In this document: positions 8,658 through 17,136 of the stretch, in pieces
Position numbering within the stretch: the stretch's first letter is position 1
Layout of the letters: each line of letters opens with the position of its first letter
NCBI GenBank assembly: GCA_964446475.1
Contig: CAYUOT010000001.1
Location: 1 to 48,448 of the forward strand
DNA length: 48,448 nucleotides
Reading direction: 5' to 3'
Origin: an uncultured Candidatus Saccharibacteria bacterium
GTDB lineage: Bacteria; Patescibacteriota; Minisyncoccia; Phycocordibacterales; UBA9973
Translations under genes and position numbers: made by a program
The notes under the pieces: generated by a model
Seen by the model: only the letters and a program-made list of their open reading frames with translations
The model's database searches: none
What the model was told of the DNA's origin: nothing

Positions 8658-10127
8658 TTTATCTAAATCAAAAATTTCATCAATACGAACCTGCTTAACA
8701 AAATCTGGTGTATGAGATATCAAAATCATTGCCCCCTTGTAATCACTTAAGGCCTTGGCTATAACAGGTAAGTGGCGGAAATTTATATGATTGGTTGGCT
8801 CGTCGAGTATTAAAAGTCCTGGTTTTGTAAGCACAAGTTTTGCAAAAGAAACAAGCCCTTTTTGCCCTTCTGAAAGATTCCCTATTCTCGTATGAACCAT
8901 ATCTCCAGTAATTAGAAAACTAGCAGCAGTAGCTCTTATTTTTTGCTCATCTACCTTACCCTCTACTTTTCTGCAAGTGTCAGAAAGAGAATCATAAACA
9001 GTATCATTGAAATCGAGAGTAGAAAAATCTTGACGGTAATATCCTATTCTCACACCATCACCGATAGATACACCCTCTAGTGAACCATTGAAAATTGATT
9101 CGAGTAAAGTACTCTTCCCTATTCCGTTTGGACCAGAAAGCAACAAATGTTTGTTTTTTCTAAGCTTAATATTTGCTTTTATATTTTTAACCTTATGGTT
9201 TTTATAAATAGGAACAGAATTAAATACCACAATATCCCCAATCTGTTCTTCTTGAAATGGAATAGTAAAATTTTTAATTGTTTTATCCTCTTTTCTAACA
9301 TCAACCTTTTCCTCTTCTAATTCTTCCGCCAAATCTCTCATCTTTTTTGCTACTGCACGAAGACCTCCTCCCTTCATAGCAAAAACATTTGCCTGATATT
9401 TCTTTGCCTCTATTTCTTTTTCTAAAAGTGCATTTTTTCTATTTTCTCTTTCCATTCTTGCTGTTATTTGATCCCTAACATCAGTATAGTTACCAACATA
9501 TTGTTCAACTTTTCTTGTATATACATCCAAATAAAGAACTGCGTCTGTGAATTTATTTAAAAATTCGGCATCATGAGAAATAACAATCACAGTCTTTTTA
9601 TACCTTACAAGAAAATCAGTAAGATGAGAGATACCCTCTTTGTCTAGATTGTTTGTAGGTTCATCCAAAAGTAAAATATCTGGATTTTGAATAAGTGCTG
9701 AAGCAAGCAAAAGACGAGCTTGTTGCCCTCCAGAAAAAGAATTAATTTTTCTTTCATGAACATTTTCATGACCCTTCAAATTAACAATTTCAAGAACTTC
9801 ATCTATTCTAGGGTCAATATCATAAATTTTTTCTTTAAAACATTTTTGAAAAAATTCTCTAACAGTAAGATCTAATTCGTCTCTTGGTATAACCTGTCTC
9901 GATGTAGCTATTGTTGTTTTTTGTGCTAAATGTATTTTCCCGTCTTCTGGTTCTAGTGTGCCATTTATTAAATAAAAAATTGTACTTTTCCCAGCACCAT
10001 TTTGCCCCATTATAGTAATCTTCATATGGCGACGAATAGAAAAATCAACCGAATCCAAAATCGGCTTATTGTGTCCATATTCAAAACTAACCTTTTCAAA
10101 TCTTATTACAACTTCTCCGTGTGCCAT
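8655..10127 (-). CDS. ABC-F family ATPase (two ABC domains, no TM domain)
   Basis: Two Walker A motifs (GQNGAGKST, GPNGIGKST), two signature motifs (FSGGQQ, LSEGQK) and a charged linker. Confidence 0.9.
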   Translation of the reverse strand: MAHGEVVIRFEKVSFEYGHNKPILDSVDFSIRRHMKITIMGQNGAGKSTIFYLINGTLEPEDGKIHLAQKTTIATSRQVIPRDELDLTVREFFQKCFKEKIYDIDPRIDEVLEIVNLKGHENVHERKINSFSGGQQARLLLASALIQNPDILLLDEPTNNLDKEGISHLTDFLVRYKKTVIVISHDAEFLNKFTDAVLYLDVYTRKVEQYVGNYTDVRDQITARMERENRKNALLEKEIEAKKYQANVFAMKGGGLRAVAKKMRDLAEELEEEKVDVRKEDKTIKNFTIPFQEEQIGDIVVFNSVPIYKNHKVKNIKANIKLRKNKHLLLSGPNGIGKSTLLESIFNGSLEGVSIGDGVRIGYYRQDFSTLDFNDTVYDSLSDTCRKVEGKVDEQKIRATAASFLITGDMVHTRIGNLSEGQKGLVSFAKLVLTKPGLLILDEPTNHINFRHLPVIAKALSDYKGAMILISHTPDFVKQVRIDEIFDLDK

Positions 10128-10173
10128 ATAGAAACATACTCTACATTATTTTTTAAAAAACACAAAGAGAAAT

Positions 10174-10206
10174 AAAAAAATCAGACAATATTATTGTCTG
10201 ATTTTT
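10174..10206 (-). terminator. intrinsic terminator
   Basis: TCAGACAATA/TATTGTCTGA hairpin flanked by A and T runs. Confidence 0.7.
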
Positions 10207-10217
10207 AGATATATTTA

Positions 10218-10883
10218 TTATTTTTCTTCTACAACCTCAGCTTCTTGTATATTATCATCAATAATATCTTCTTTGTTTGTATTTAATTTAAAATTATAGA
10301 AATCTCTGTAAAGCATTACCATTACAAGCATTCCAATCGGATAAGTTATAAATATTCCTACAAAAACAAAAGCTAAACCTAGGAGAACAAAAAGACCAAC
10401 AAGAAAACTTAACCAAAATAATTTCCATCCAAAACCTTTTGTCATTTCCCAAGAATTTTTTATTGCATCAGAATATTTTTGTTTTTTATCTACAAGTAAG
10501 TAACTAGTAAACATCAATCTTCCCATCAAATAAAGCCCAGGAATAATTAAAAATATTAACCCTAAAAATATAACAAGCCCCATTAATATTGTCGCCCCCA
10601 AAAGATTGAGAAATGTCTCCATTTTTGGAATAGAACTATCAGAAAAAGGCTTAAATTTTGTTTTATTTTTAACAACATCGAGAAGATTGAAAATCCAAAT
10701 ATAAGAGATAAAAATTGTTGCCAAAAATACAAAGATTTTTAAAACGAAATTACCATCCTGACTAATAGAAGATAAAACAATTGTTAAAAGAGTCATCAGT
10801 AAAAACATCCAAAGATTTTCTTTGTATATCACCCAAGATTCTTTTATCTTATCGCAAACCTTAAATGTAAAACTTTTATTCAT
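10218..10883 (-). CDS. hypothetical polytopic membrane protein
   Basis: 221 aa, 5-6 hydrophobic segments, acidic C terminus. Family not assigned. Confidence 0.6.
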   Translation of the reverse strand: MNKSFTFKVCDKIKESWVIYKENLWMFLLMTLLTIVLSSISQDGNFVLKIFVFLATIFISYIWIFNLLDVVKNKTKFKPFSDSSIPKMETFLNLLGATILMGLVIFLGLIFLIIPGLYLMGRLMFTSYLLVDKKQKYSDAIKNSWEMTKGFGWKLFWLSFLVGLFVLLGLAFVFVGIFITYPIGMLVMVMLYRDFYNFKLNTNKEDIIDDNIQEAEVVEEK

Positions 10884-10908
10884 AAAAATATAAATTAAAT
10901 TAATAAAA

Positions 10909-11844
10909 TTATTTGACCATTCTTAATATCAATCTTGTAAAAGGATTAATAAATATTATAAAAATAATAGCAATTATGAGATTAAAAACCAAATGAGAAA
11001 CTGATACTTGCCCAGAAAGTTCTATTGGTATTTTTAAAATCGTCTTCGAAAAAATATCAATAAAAGGTATAAAAATAAGAACACCCAAGAAATTAAACAT
11101 AAAATGAGCCATAGCAACTCTTTTCCCCTTTTTACCTGTAACAACAGAAGCCAAAAGTGCAGTTGTTGTTGTTCCAATATTTGAACCCAATATTATCCCA
11201 AAAGCTTGTCCAAAAGAAAGAAGCCCTCCAGAGACAAAAATAATAACAATACTAGAAACAACCAAACTAGACTGCAAAACAGTAGAAGCAATTAAACCAA
11301 AAATTATTGCAACAAAAATATTGGAGGTTTTTGAAATAAGAGAAATAAAAATTTCACTTTCTTTAAAATATCCTGCTAAAACAGAAATAATAAATAGACA
11401 AGAGAAAACTAAACCAAAATAGAAAATAGATTTTCCTAGATGTTGGTATTTATTATATTTACTTTTAACATTCATCAACAAAAAACCTAAAATTAAAATA
11501 TATGGAGCTAAATTTAATATTTTAAAAGCAACAAGCTGGGTGGTAATAGTTGTACCAATATTTGAACCAATAATAACACCAACACTGTTCGCAAAAGGAA
11601 GAACTCCAGCATCAACCAAAGAAACTAACATAACAGAAACAGCAGTACTGGATTGTAATATAGAAGTCACCCCTGCCCCAACAGCAACAGATTTAAATCT
11701 ATTATTTGTAAATCTTTCTATTAATCCTTTAAATTTATCTCCAGCAAGTGCTTCAACTTGAGAACTAAATTTTTTCATAGCAAAAAGAAAAACAAATATA
11801 ACCGCTATGAGAGATACGATAACTGCAAATGTTGATTGTTCCAT
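10909..11844 (-). CDS. Na/Pi cotransporter family protein (membrane domain only)
   Basis: Duplicated motif LQSS(T/L)AVS and GSNIGTT(I/T)TT, typical of the NptA/PF02690 family. Confidence 0.8.
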   Translation of the reverse strand: MEQSTFAVIVSLIAVIFVFLFAMKKFSSQVEALAGDKFKGLIERFTNNRFKSVAVGAGVTSILQSSTAVSVMLVSLVDAGVLPFANSVGVIIGSNIGTTITTQLVAFKILNLAPYILILGFLLMNVKSKYNKYQHLGKSIFYFGLVFSCLFIISVLAGYFKESEIFISLISKTSNIFVAIIFGLIASTVLQSSLVVSSIVIIFVSGGLLSFGQAFGIILGSNIGTTTTALLASVVTGKKGKRVAMAHFMFNFLGVLIFIPFIDIFSKTILKIPIELSGQVSVSHLVFNLIIAIIFIIFINPFTRLILRMVK

Positions 11845-11899
11845 AATGATTATTATATCATTAAAAAATATAATATTTATTTACTTTTTTAAATAAATA

Positions 11900-11914
11900 T
11901 GTTATAATTTAAAA
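11900..11914 (+). promoter_or_regulatory. extended -10 element 6 nt upstream of the ATG (leaderless-type)
   Basis: TGtTATAAT (11900-11908), 6 nt, ATG 11915. Confidence 0.6.
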
Positions 11915-13156
11915 ATGTTTAAAAAACATGCCGTGAAATTTCGTGTTATTTTCAATGACGCGCATGCCAATTTCCCTAAGAATAATCAAATTCCTCAAGG
12001 TGGAGTTTCTAGTTTTGCGTCTAAATTTTCAAAATACTTCAAAAATCAAAAAGATATAGAGTTAATTTCTCTCCTTTTTTCTCATAATAATGAAAATAAA
12101 AAAATATTTATGAGAAAAAATACTTTTGATAGAAATTATTATGAGCTTGTTTACCCTAGAGAAAAACTTTTAAATAGCTACAAAATCAAGACTACTAAAA
12201 AAGAATATATTCAATTTCTAGAACCTTGGATAAAGGAAACAGAAAATATTCTTTTGGATTCCAATGCAAACTTAGTATTTCTAAATGGATTTGGCTTAAC
12301 AAATTGGATAATGATGGAAGCTGCAAACAGACTAAAAATCCCCTCTATTATTCAACATGCTGGTTTGTGGAAAAAAGAAATAACAACATCAAATGGATAC
12401 TTCTCCCCTTCTATTTCAAAAATATTTTCTGAATTTGAAAAAGAAACTCACACAAAAACATCTTGTCAGATATTTTTAAATGAGTTTAGTAAAAAAGAAT
12501 TTTTTGATATACATAAAATAAAAAAACCAATATTTAACAAGACTAGAATAATACCGCTACCAATAGAAATAAAAAATTACAAAAAAATAAAAATTGAAGA
12601 TAATATAAATATAGGAATAGTTGCCAGATGGGATAGAATTAAAAACCATGGAGCAGTTTATAGACTAGCTAAATATATAGAAAAAAATAAAATAAATTCT
12701 AAAATAAATATTGTTGTTAAGATAAATAATGAAAATGATTTTATTAAAAAATACAGAAAGAGCGTCAATATAATAGAACCAATGAACCCAGACAAGCTAA
12801 AAGGTTTTTATGATAAACAAAATATAATAATAATCCCCTCAAGATTTGATGTTTCTCCAACAGTACTGATGGAAGCAATGCTTAGAGGAAAACCTGTTCT
12901 CGTATCAAACAAAGTTGGATGGGTTTCTGATTTTGAAAAATTTAATCTAAATAATTTAATTTTTGATTACAAAGATAGTGGTAAAAAAATATACGAAAAA
13001 ATAGAAAAATTAATCAGCAATAAAAAACAATATCAGAAAAATTTTGAAAAATTCCAAAATAAAATAATCAAAGAGCATAGCGAAGAAAAAGTATTTTCAA
13101 AGTATTATCAATTATTCAAAGAAACAACAAAATGCCAAATCAAAACAAAAAATTAA
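11915..13156 (+). CDS. glycosyltransferase (GT-B fold, GT4-like), very Lys/Asn-rich
   Basis: C-terminal half has IIIPSRFDVSPTVLMEAMLRGKPVLVS, the GT4 E-x7-E region. Confidence 0.75.
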   Translation: MFKKHAVKFRVIFNDAHANFPKNNQIPQGGVSSFASKFSKYFKNQKDIELISLLFSHNNENKKIFMRKNTFDRNYYELVYPREKLLNSYKIKTTKKEYIQFLEPWIKETENILLDSNANLVFLNGFGLTNWIMMEAANRLKIPSIIQHAGLWKKEITTSNGYFSPSISKIFSEFEKETHTKTSCQIFLNEFSKKEFFDIHKIKKPIFNKTRIIPLPIEIKNYKKIKIEDNINIGIVARWDRIKNHGAVYRLAKYIEKNKINSKINIVVKINNENDFIKKYRKSVNIIEPMNPDKLKGFYDKQNIIIIPSRFDVSPTVLMEAMLRGKPVLVSNKVGWVSDFEKFNLNNLIFDYKDSGKKIYEKIEKLISNKKQYQKNFEKFQNKIIKEHSEEKVFSKYYQLFKETTKCQIKTKN

Positions 13157-14226
13157 AGATTGCTCAAATAGCCCCAGCAGGAACTCCTGTTTCTGCTAAG
13201 CAAAACAAAGCTATATATTCACATATAGCACACCTTGTTGATGGGTTTTCTGACAGAAGACAAGATGTCACACTATTTGGAAATAAAAATTCTGAAGTAA
13301 AAGGTAAAATATCAAGCCCCAAATTAGATGAAAATATAGATTACGAAGAAAATAAAAATGCTTTATCTAGATATGAACAATGGGCGCTACTTTCTGATTG
13401 CTTTCTATCCGCCAAAGAAAAAAAGTTTGACATAATACACAGCCATCTAACAATAATGACAGGGTTTTTCTCTCGAATAATAAAAAAGACACCAACACTT
13501 ATTTCTATACACTCCCCTATAGAAGAATGGATGAAGCCAATACTTCTAAAACACAAAGATGAAAAATATATTTCATTTTCTCTAGCTCAAAGAAAACAAC
13601 TTCCAGAACTTAATTGGTACGCAAATATTTACCATGGAGTTGATACCAATCTTTTTTCTTTTGAAGAAAATCCAGAAGATTATTTTCTTTTTATAGGTAG
13701 AATAACAAAAGATAAAGGAGCTCATGTTGCAATAAATGTTTGCAAAGAAACAGGAGTAAATCTAAGAATTGCAGGAAGAAGCTATAGCACAGAAACTTAT
13801 TGGCATGAAATGATAGAACCACACATAAATGGAACCAGTATTAGATATTTTGGAGAAGTCTCTCTAGAAGAAAAAATACCATTAATTCAAAAAGCAAAAG
13901 CTGTAATCTTCCCAACTTTTTACCAAGAAGCATTTGGATATGTATTAATAGAGGCAATGTCATGCGGAACTCCAGCAATAGCATTCAATAATGGGTCTGT
14001 CCCAGAAATAGTAAAAGATGGAATTACAGGATTTGTTGTAGAAAATGAAGAACAAATGATAGAAGCTATCAAAAAAATAGATACAATAGATAGAAAAAAA
14101 GTTCGAAACAGAGCCGAACAATTTTTTAGTCTAAAGAAAATGGTTTCTCACTATGAAAATGTCTACAAAAGACTTATACAAGATTTAAAATTCAAAGGAG
14201 ACAAAACTATAAAAAACAGCGAATAA
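13132..14226 (+). CDS. glycosyltransferase family 4
   Basis: FPTFYQEAFGYVLIEAMSCGTPAIAFNNGSVPEIVKDGITGFVV. The start overlaps the upstream GT gene by 25 nt. Confidence 0.85.
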   Translation: MPNQNKKLKIAQIAPAGTPVSAKQNKAIYSHIAHLVDGFSDRRQDVTLFGNKNSEVKGKISSPKLDENIDYEENKNALSRYEQWALLSDCFLSAKEKKFDIIHSHLTIMTGFFSRIIKKTPTLISIHSPIEEWMKPILLKHKDEKYISFSLAQRKQLPELNWYANIYHGVDTNLFSFEENPEDYFLFIGRITKDKGAHVAINVCKETGVNLRIAGRSYSTETYWHEMIEPHINGTSIRYFGEVSLEEKIPLIQKAKAVIFPTFYQEAFGYVLIEAMSCGTPAIAFNNGSVPEIVKDGITGFVVENEEQMIEAIKKIDTIDRKKVRNRAEQFFSLKKMVSHYENVYKRLIQDLKFKGDKTIKNSE

Positions 14227-14240
14227 ATCGCTGTTTTTTA
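14211..14240. terminator. bidirectional terminator
   Basis: CAGCGA-ATAAA-TCGCTG hairpin flanked by A6 and T6. It overlaps the stop codon. Confidence 0.7.
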
Positions 14241-14250
14241 TAACAAAAAA

Positions 14251-14988
14251 TTATTTTTTAAAACCCTCCAATGCTTTCAAAATTTCCATTGGGATCATAT
14301 AAACAACAGTATTACTTTGGTCCGAAGACATATCATTGATAGACTGCAAAGTTCTTAAATGAAGAGCCCCAGGAGTTTTCGCAAGCATTTCAGCTGCTTT
14401 TGATAAGTTTTCTGACGCAGCTAATTCTCCTTCTGAGTTAATTATAACGGCTCTCTTTTCTCTTTCTGCTTCTGCTTGTTTCCCTATTGTTCTTTCCAAA
14501 TCTGGAGGCAAACTAACATCTTTTAATTCTACATTTTGAACTTTTAAACCCCATGCGTCCGTCTCTTTATCAACAATCTCCCTAATTCTATCCGCAATTT
14601 TATCTCTACTTGAAAGCAATTCATCGAGAGTAACCTCTCCAACAATATTTCTCATTGTCGTTTGAGCATACTGAGAAATTGCATACCTAAAATCTTCAAC
14701 TTCGATAACAGCTTTTTCTGCTTCACTAACCTTATAATAAATAACAGCATTGACCCTAACAGAAACATTGTCTCTTGTTATTGCGTTCTGATCTGGAACA
14801 TCGACAGCTTTTGTTCTAATATCAACCCTAGCAAAGCTTTGAAATATTGGCCAAACAATACTCCATCCCGGTTCAATTATTGAAGAAAATTTTCCAAGAG
14901 TAAATTTAACACCTCTTTCATATTGATTAATTTGACGAATACTTATCAAACAAATAAAAACAACCGCACCCAAGAAAAAATAAAACAT
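14251..14988 (-). CDS. SPFH/band-7 (stomatin/prohibitin-like) protein
   Basis: N-terminal TM plus SPFH core (YERGVKFTLGKF, TRDNVSVRVNAVIYY, GLKVQNVELKDV). Confidence 0.9.
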   Translation of the reverse strand: MFYFFLGAVVFICLISIRQINQYERGVKFTLGKFSSIIEPGWSIVWPIFQSFARVDIRTKAVDVPDQNAITRDNVSVRVNAVIYYKVSEAEKAVIEVEDFRYAISQYAQTTMRNIVGEVTLDELLSSRDKIADRIREIVDKETDAWGLKVQNVELKDVSLPPDLERTIGKQAEAEREKRAVIINSEGELAASENLSKAAEMLAKTPGALHLRTLQSINDMSSDQSNTVVYMIPMEILKALEGFKK

Positions 14989-15076
14989 ATAAAATAAAAA
15001 TTAGTTATTAATAAATTAATTATATCAAATAGTTGAAAAATAACCATTTTTATTGTATCCTTATATTGTTTTCTAT

Positions 15077-15147
15077 TGGGAGATCGTCTAACGGTAGGAC
15101 AGAGGCCTTTGAAGCCTTTAATCTAGGTTCGATTCCTAGTCTCCCAG
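15077..15147 (+). tRNA. tRNA-Gln (anticodon TTG)
   Basis: Acceptor TGGGAGA/TCTCCCA, discriminator G, anticodon loop CTTTGAA, T arm CTAGG-TTCGATT-CCTAG. CCA is not encoded. Confidence 0.93.
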
Positions 15148-15154
15148 CAAATTA
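15134..15154. repeat. direct repeat copy 1 (last 14 nt of tRNA-Gln plus 7 nt of trailer)
   Basis: TCCTAGTCTCCCAGCAAATTA recurs at 15320-15340 as TCCTAGTCTCCCAGCCAATTA (20/21). Confidence 0.85.
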
Positions 15155-15155
15155 G

Positions 15156-15187
15156 AAAACCCGCTTTCAAAGCGTGGTTTTCTTTTT
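15156..15187 (+). terminator. intrinsic terminator after tRNA-Gln
   Basis: AAAACC(C)GCTT/AAGC(GT)GGTTTT hairpin followed by CTTTTT. Confidence 0.7.
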
Positions 15188-15340
15188 GCTGGGAGAAGCG
15201 AGTAAACTGCTTTACTCGCGTCTAGAAATCGAAGACCTTGAGCTTGGATTTTGAAATGATAATTTCAAAATACGCGAAAGGTGTACTGAACCTGTAAGGT
15301 TCGATAAGTGTACTCACAGTCCTAGTCTCCCAGCCAATTA
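15185..15340 (+). repeat. structured about 150-nt element, divergent relative of the 956/21903/27594 family, ending in a copy of the tRNA-Gln 3' end
   Basis: Closing helix GCTGGGAGA/TCTCCCAGC (15188-15196/15326-15334). Internal hairpins are GCGAGTAAA/TTTACTCGC, ATTTTGAAA(T)/TTTCAAAAT and GAACC/GGTTC. It shares GAGCTTGG with copy C and hairpin-CGCGA-AGG with copy A. Confidence 0.55.
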
Positions 15341-15497
15341 CCATATTAATACATTGAAATATCATAAAAAAAGCCCCGTAATATTACGGGACTGTGAGCC
15401 ATCTCTTTATGACAGTTTATTTTCTTTCCTTGGTAGATATTTAGAACTAGTCTTTGAACTCTACAGGTGTCTTTAGTCATCGAGTGTTGGCTGAGTT

Positions 15498-15777
15498 TTA
15501 AGGTATTAATTCGCAAACTTCTTTTTTAAATTTAAAGTTTCCGCTTGAATAAGGCATCCAGAAATTAGCGGCCTCTTTTTTCCAGAATCCAATAATGCCT
15601 TTATTTCATCAACTCCCCTAACTTGGTATCCCCCTAAATTCGGTTACCAATTTGGAAAGAATCCTGACCTTCAGGAATTGGATTTTCTGCTAAAGGAATT
15701 TCTACTCCAACCCATTGTTTACGAATTTCTTCAGGAGCAAAACTAGGGGGAACCCCTATAATCTTAATTTTAGTCAT
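15498..15777 (-). pseudogene. small conserved-looking gene disrupted by two 1-nt frameshifts
   Basis: ATG 15777: MTKIKIIGVPPSFAPEEIRKQWVGVEIPLAENPIPEGQDSFQIGNR, then TAG at 15636-15634. The reading continues in the -1 frame (LGGYQVRGVDEIKALLDSGK). After the A6 run (15576-15581) it continues in a third frame (KEAANFWMPYSSGNFKFKKEVCELIP, stop 15500-15498). Confidence 0.5.
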
Positions 15778-15918
15778 AAAATAAAGAATTTGTTTATACT
15801 AAGAATATTTTTTTCATGTTACCAAATATGGAAAATTTAATCAATGATACATATTAGCTCCCCATATATTACATCAAAATATGCTACAATAGTAAGAGAA
15901 AATTAATTATATAAAAAT

Positions 15919-17112
15919 ATGTCAAAACAATATTTAATAATAAATACAGGTAGTACTTCTAAGAAATACGCCTATTATGATAATAAGAAAAAAATATACA
16001 GTGCACATTTTGAAATTAGCAAAAACAGTATAATCCTTACAGAGAAGTTTAATAAAATAACTTCTAATAAAAATATAAAAAAAGACAAATATGCTTCTGC
16101 TATAAAATTAGTTATAGATTCTTTAATAAAAGAAAATATTATAAAAAATAAAAATAATATAGATGGAGTAGGTATTAGAATTGTTGCTCCAGGATTATAC
16201 TTTTTATCTAATAAAAAAATTGATAAAAAATATTTAAAATTCGCAAATGAAGCTGTTAAAAAAGTCCCCTTGCATTTAGGTCCAGCCTTAAAAGAAATAG
16301 AAAATATTAAATTATTTTTAGGAGAAAAAATTCCAATTTTTGGAATATCTGATAGCTGTTTTCATTCAACAATACCAGAACATTCAAAACTTTATGCTAT
16401 CCCTATAAAACATACTAAAAAGTTTGGTCTTTATATGTGCGGATACCATGGAATTTCAATTCAATCTGTGATAGATAGATCAAAAAAAATTCTTAAAGGC
16501 AAATTACCAAAGAAAATTATCGTATGTCATCTAGGAGGAGGAGGTAGTGTAACTGCTGTTTTAAATGGTAAAAGTATAGACACCTCTATGGGTTTCACCC
16601 CTTTAGAAGGTCTTGTTATGTCTACCAGGGTTGGAGATATTGATGCGGGTGTTGTAATACAATTATCAGAAAAACTAAAAAAAACAGGCAAAGACCTAGA
16701 GGACTATCTAAATAATAAATGTGGATTACTAGGCCTTTCAGGTAAAAGCGGGGATATGAGAGACTTATTAGAATTAGAAAAAAATGGTCACCTTGATTCT
16801 TCTACGGCAATAAAAGTTTATGTTAATAGAATAAAACAATATATAGGCAAAATGTCAGCTATGCTAGGTGGAGTTGATTTGCTTATTCTTGCTGGAACTA
16901 TAGGAGAAAGATCCCCCATAACAAGAGAAAGAATTTGTGAAGGATTAGAATTTTTAGGAATTAAAATTGATAAAAAATTAAACAACAATTCAAGTGACAC
17001 AGAATGCTCTATAAATAAAAAAGATTCAAAATCCAAAATACTTATAATCAAAACAGATGAAACAGAAGAAATGGCGAAAGAAACACTTAGACTTATTTTA
17101 AATGAAAATTAA
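15919..17112 (+). CDS. ackA: acetate kinase
   Basis: ILIINTGSTSKKY, the HGIS motif region (GYHGISIQ), CHLGGGGSVTA and GLLGLSG match acetate/propionate kinase. Confidence 0.9.
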   Translation: MSKQYLIINTGSTSKKYAYYDNKKKIYSAHFEISKNSIILTEKFNKITSNKNIKKDKYASAIKLVIDSLIKENIIKNKNNIDGVGIRIVAPGLYFLSNKKIDKKYLKFANEAVKKVPLHLGPALKEIENIKLFLGEKIPIFGISDSCFHSTIPEHSKLYAIPIKHTKKFGLYMCGYHGISIQSVIDRSKKILKGKLPKKIIVCHLGGGGSVTAVLNGKSIDTSMGFTPLEGLVMSTRVGDIDAGVVIQLSEKLKKTGKDLEDYLNNKCGLLGLSGKSGDMRDLLELEKNGHLDSSTAIKVYVNRIKQYIGKMSAMLGGVDLLILAGTIGERSPITRERICEGLEFLGIKIDKKLNNNSSDTECSINKKDSKSKILIIKTDETEEMAKETLRLILNEN

Positions 17113-17124
17113 TAAAAAATATTA

Positions 17125-17136
17125 TATAATAAACAT
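17125..17136 (+). promoter_or_regulatory. -10 element 6 nt upstream of the ATG (leaderless-type)
   Basis: TATAAT (17125-17130), 6 nt, ATG 17137. Confidence 0.5.

Noticed and set aside
15185-15340. tmRNA, tRNA-like RNA or intron-containing or split tRNA
   Set aside because: Only an acceptor-like closing helix and the last 14 nt of the tRNA are present. There is no T-arm 5' strand, no D or anticodon arm, and no resume-codon or tag ORF. At about 150 nt it is far too short for tmRNA.
15346-15480. 44-aa ORF MTKDTCRVQRLVLNIYQGKKINCHKEMAHSPVILRGFFYDISMY (minus strand)
   Set aside because: It has no ribosome-binding or -10 signal, runs through the GC hairpin and the repeat scar, and is too short to evaluate.
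15919-17112. Horizontal acquisition of ackA (and of the first glycosyltransferase, 11915-13156) based on very low GC
   Set aside because: Spot counts give about 23% GC for the ackA 5' end versus about 40% for topA. Neighbouring membrane genes are similarly AT-rich, so the difference may reflect conservation level rather than foreign origin. A windowed GC and codon analysis would be needed.
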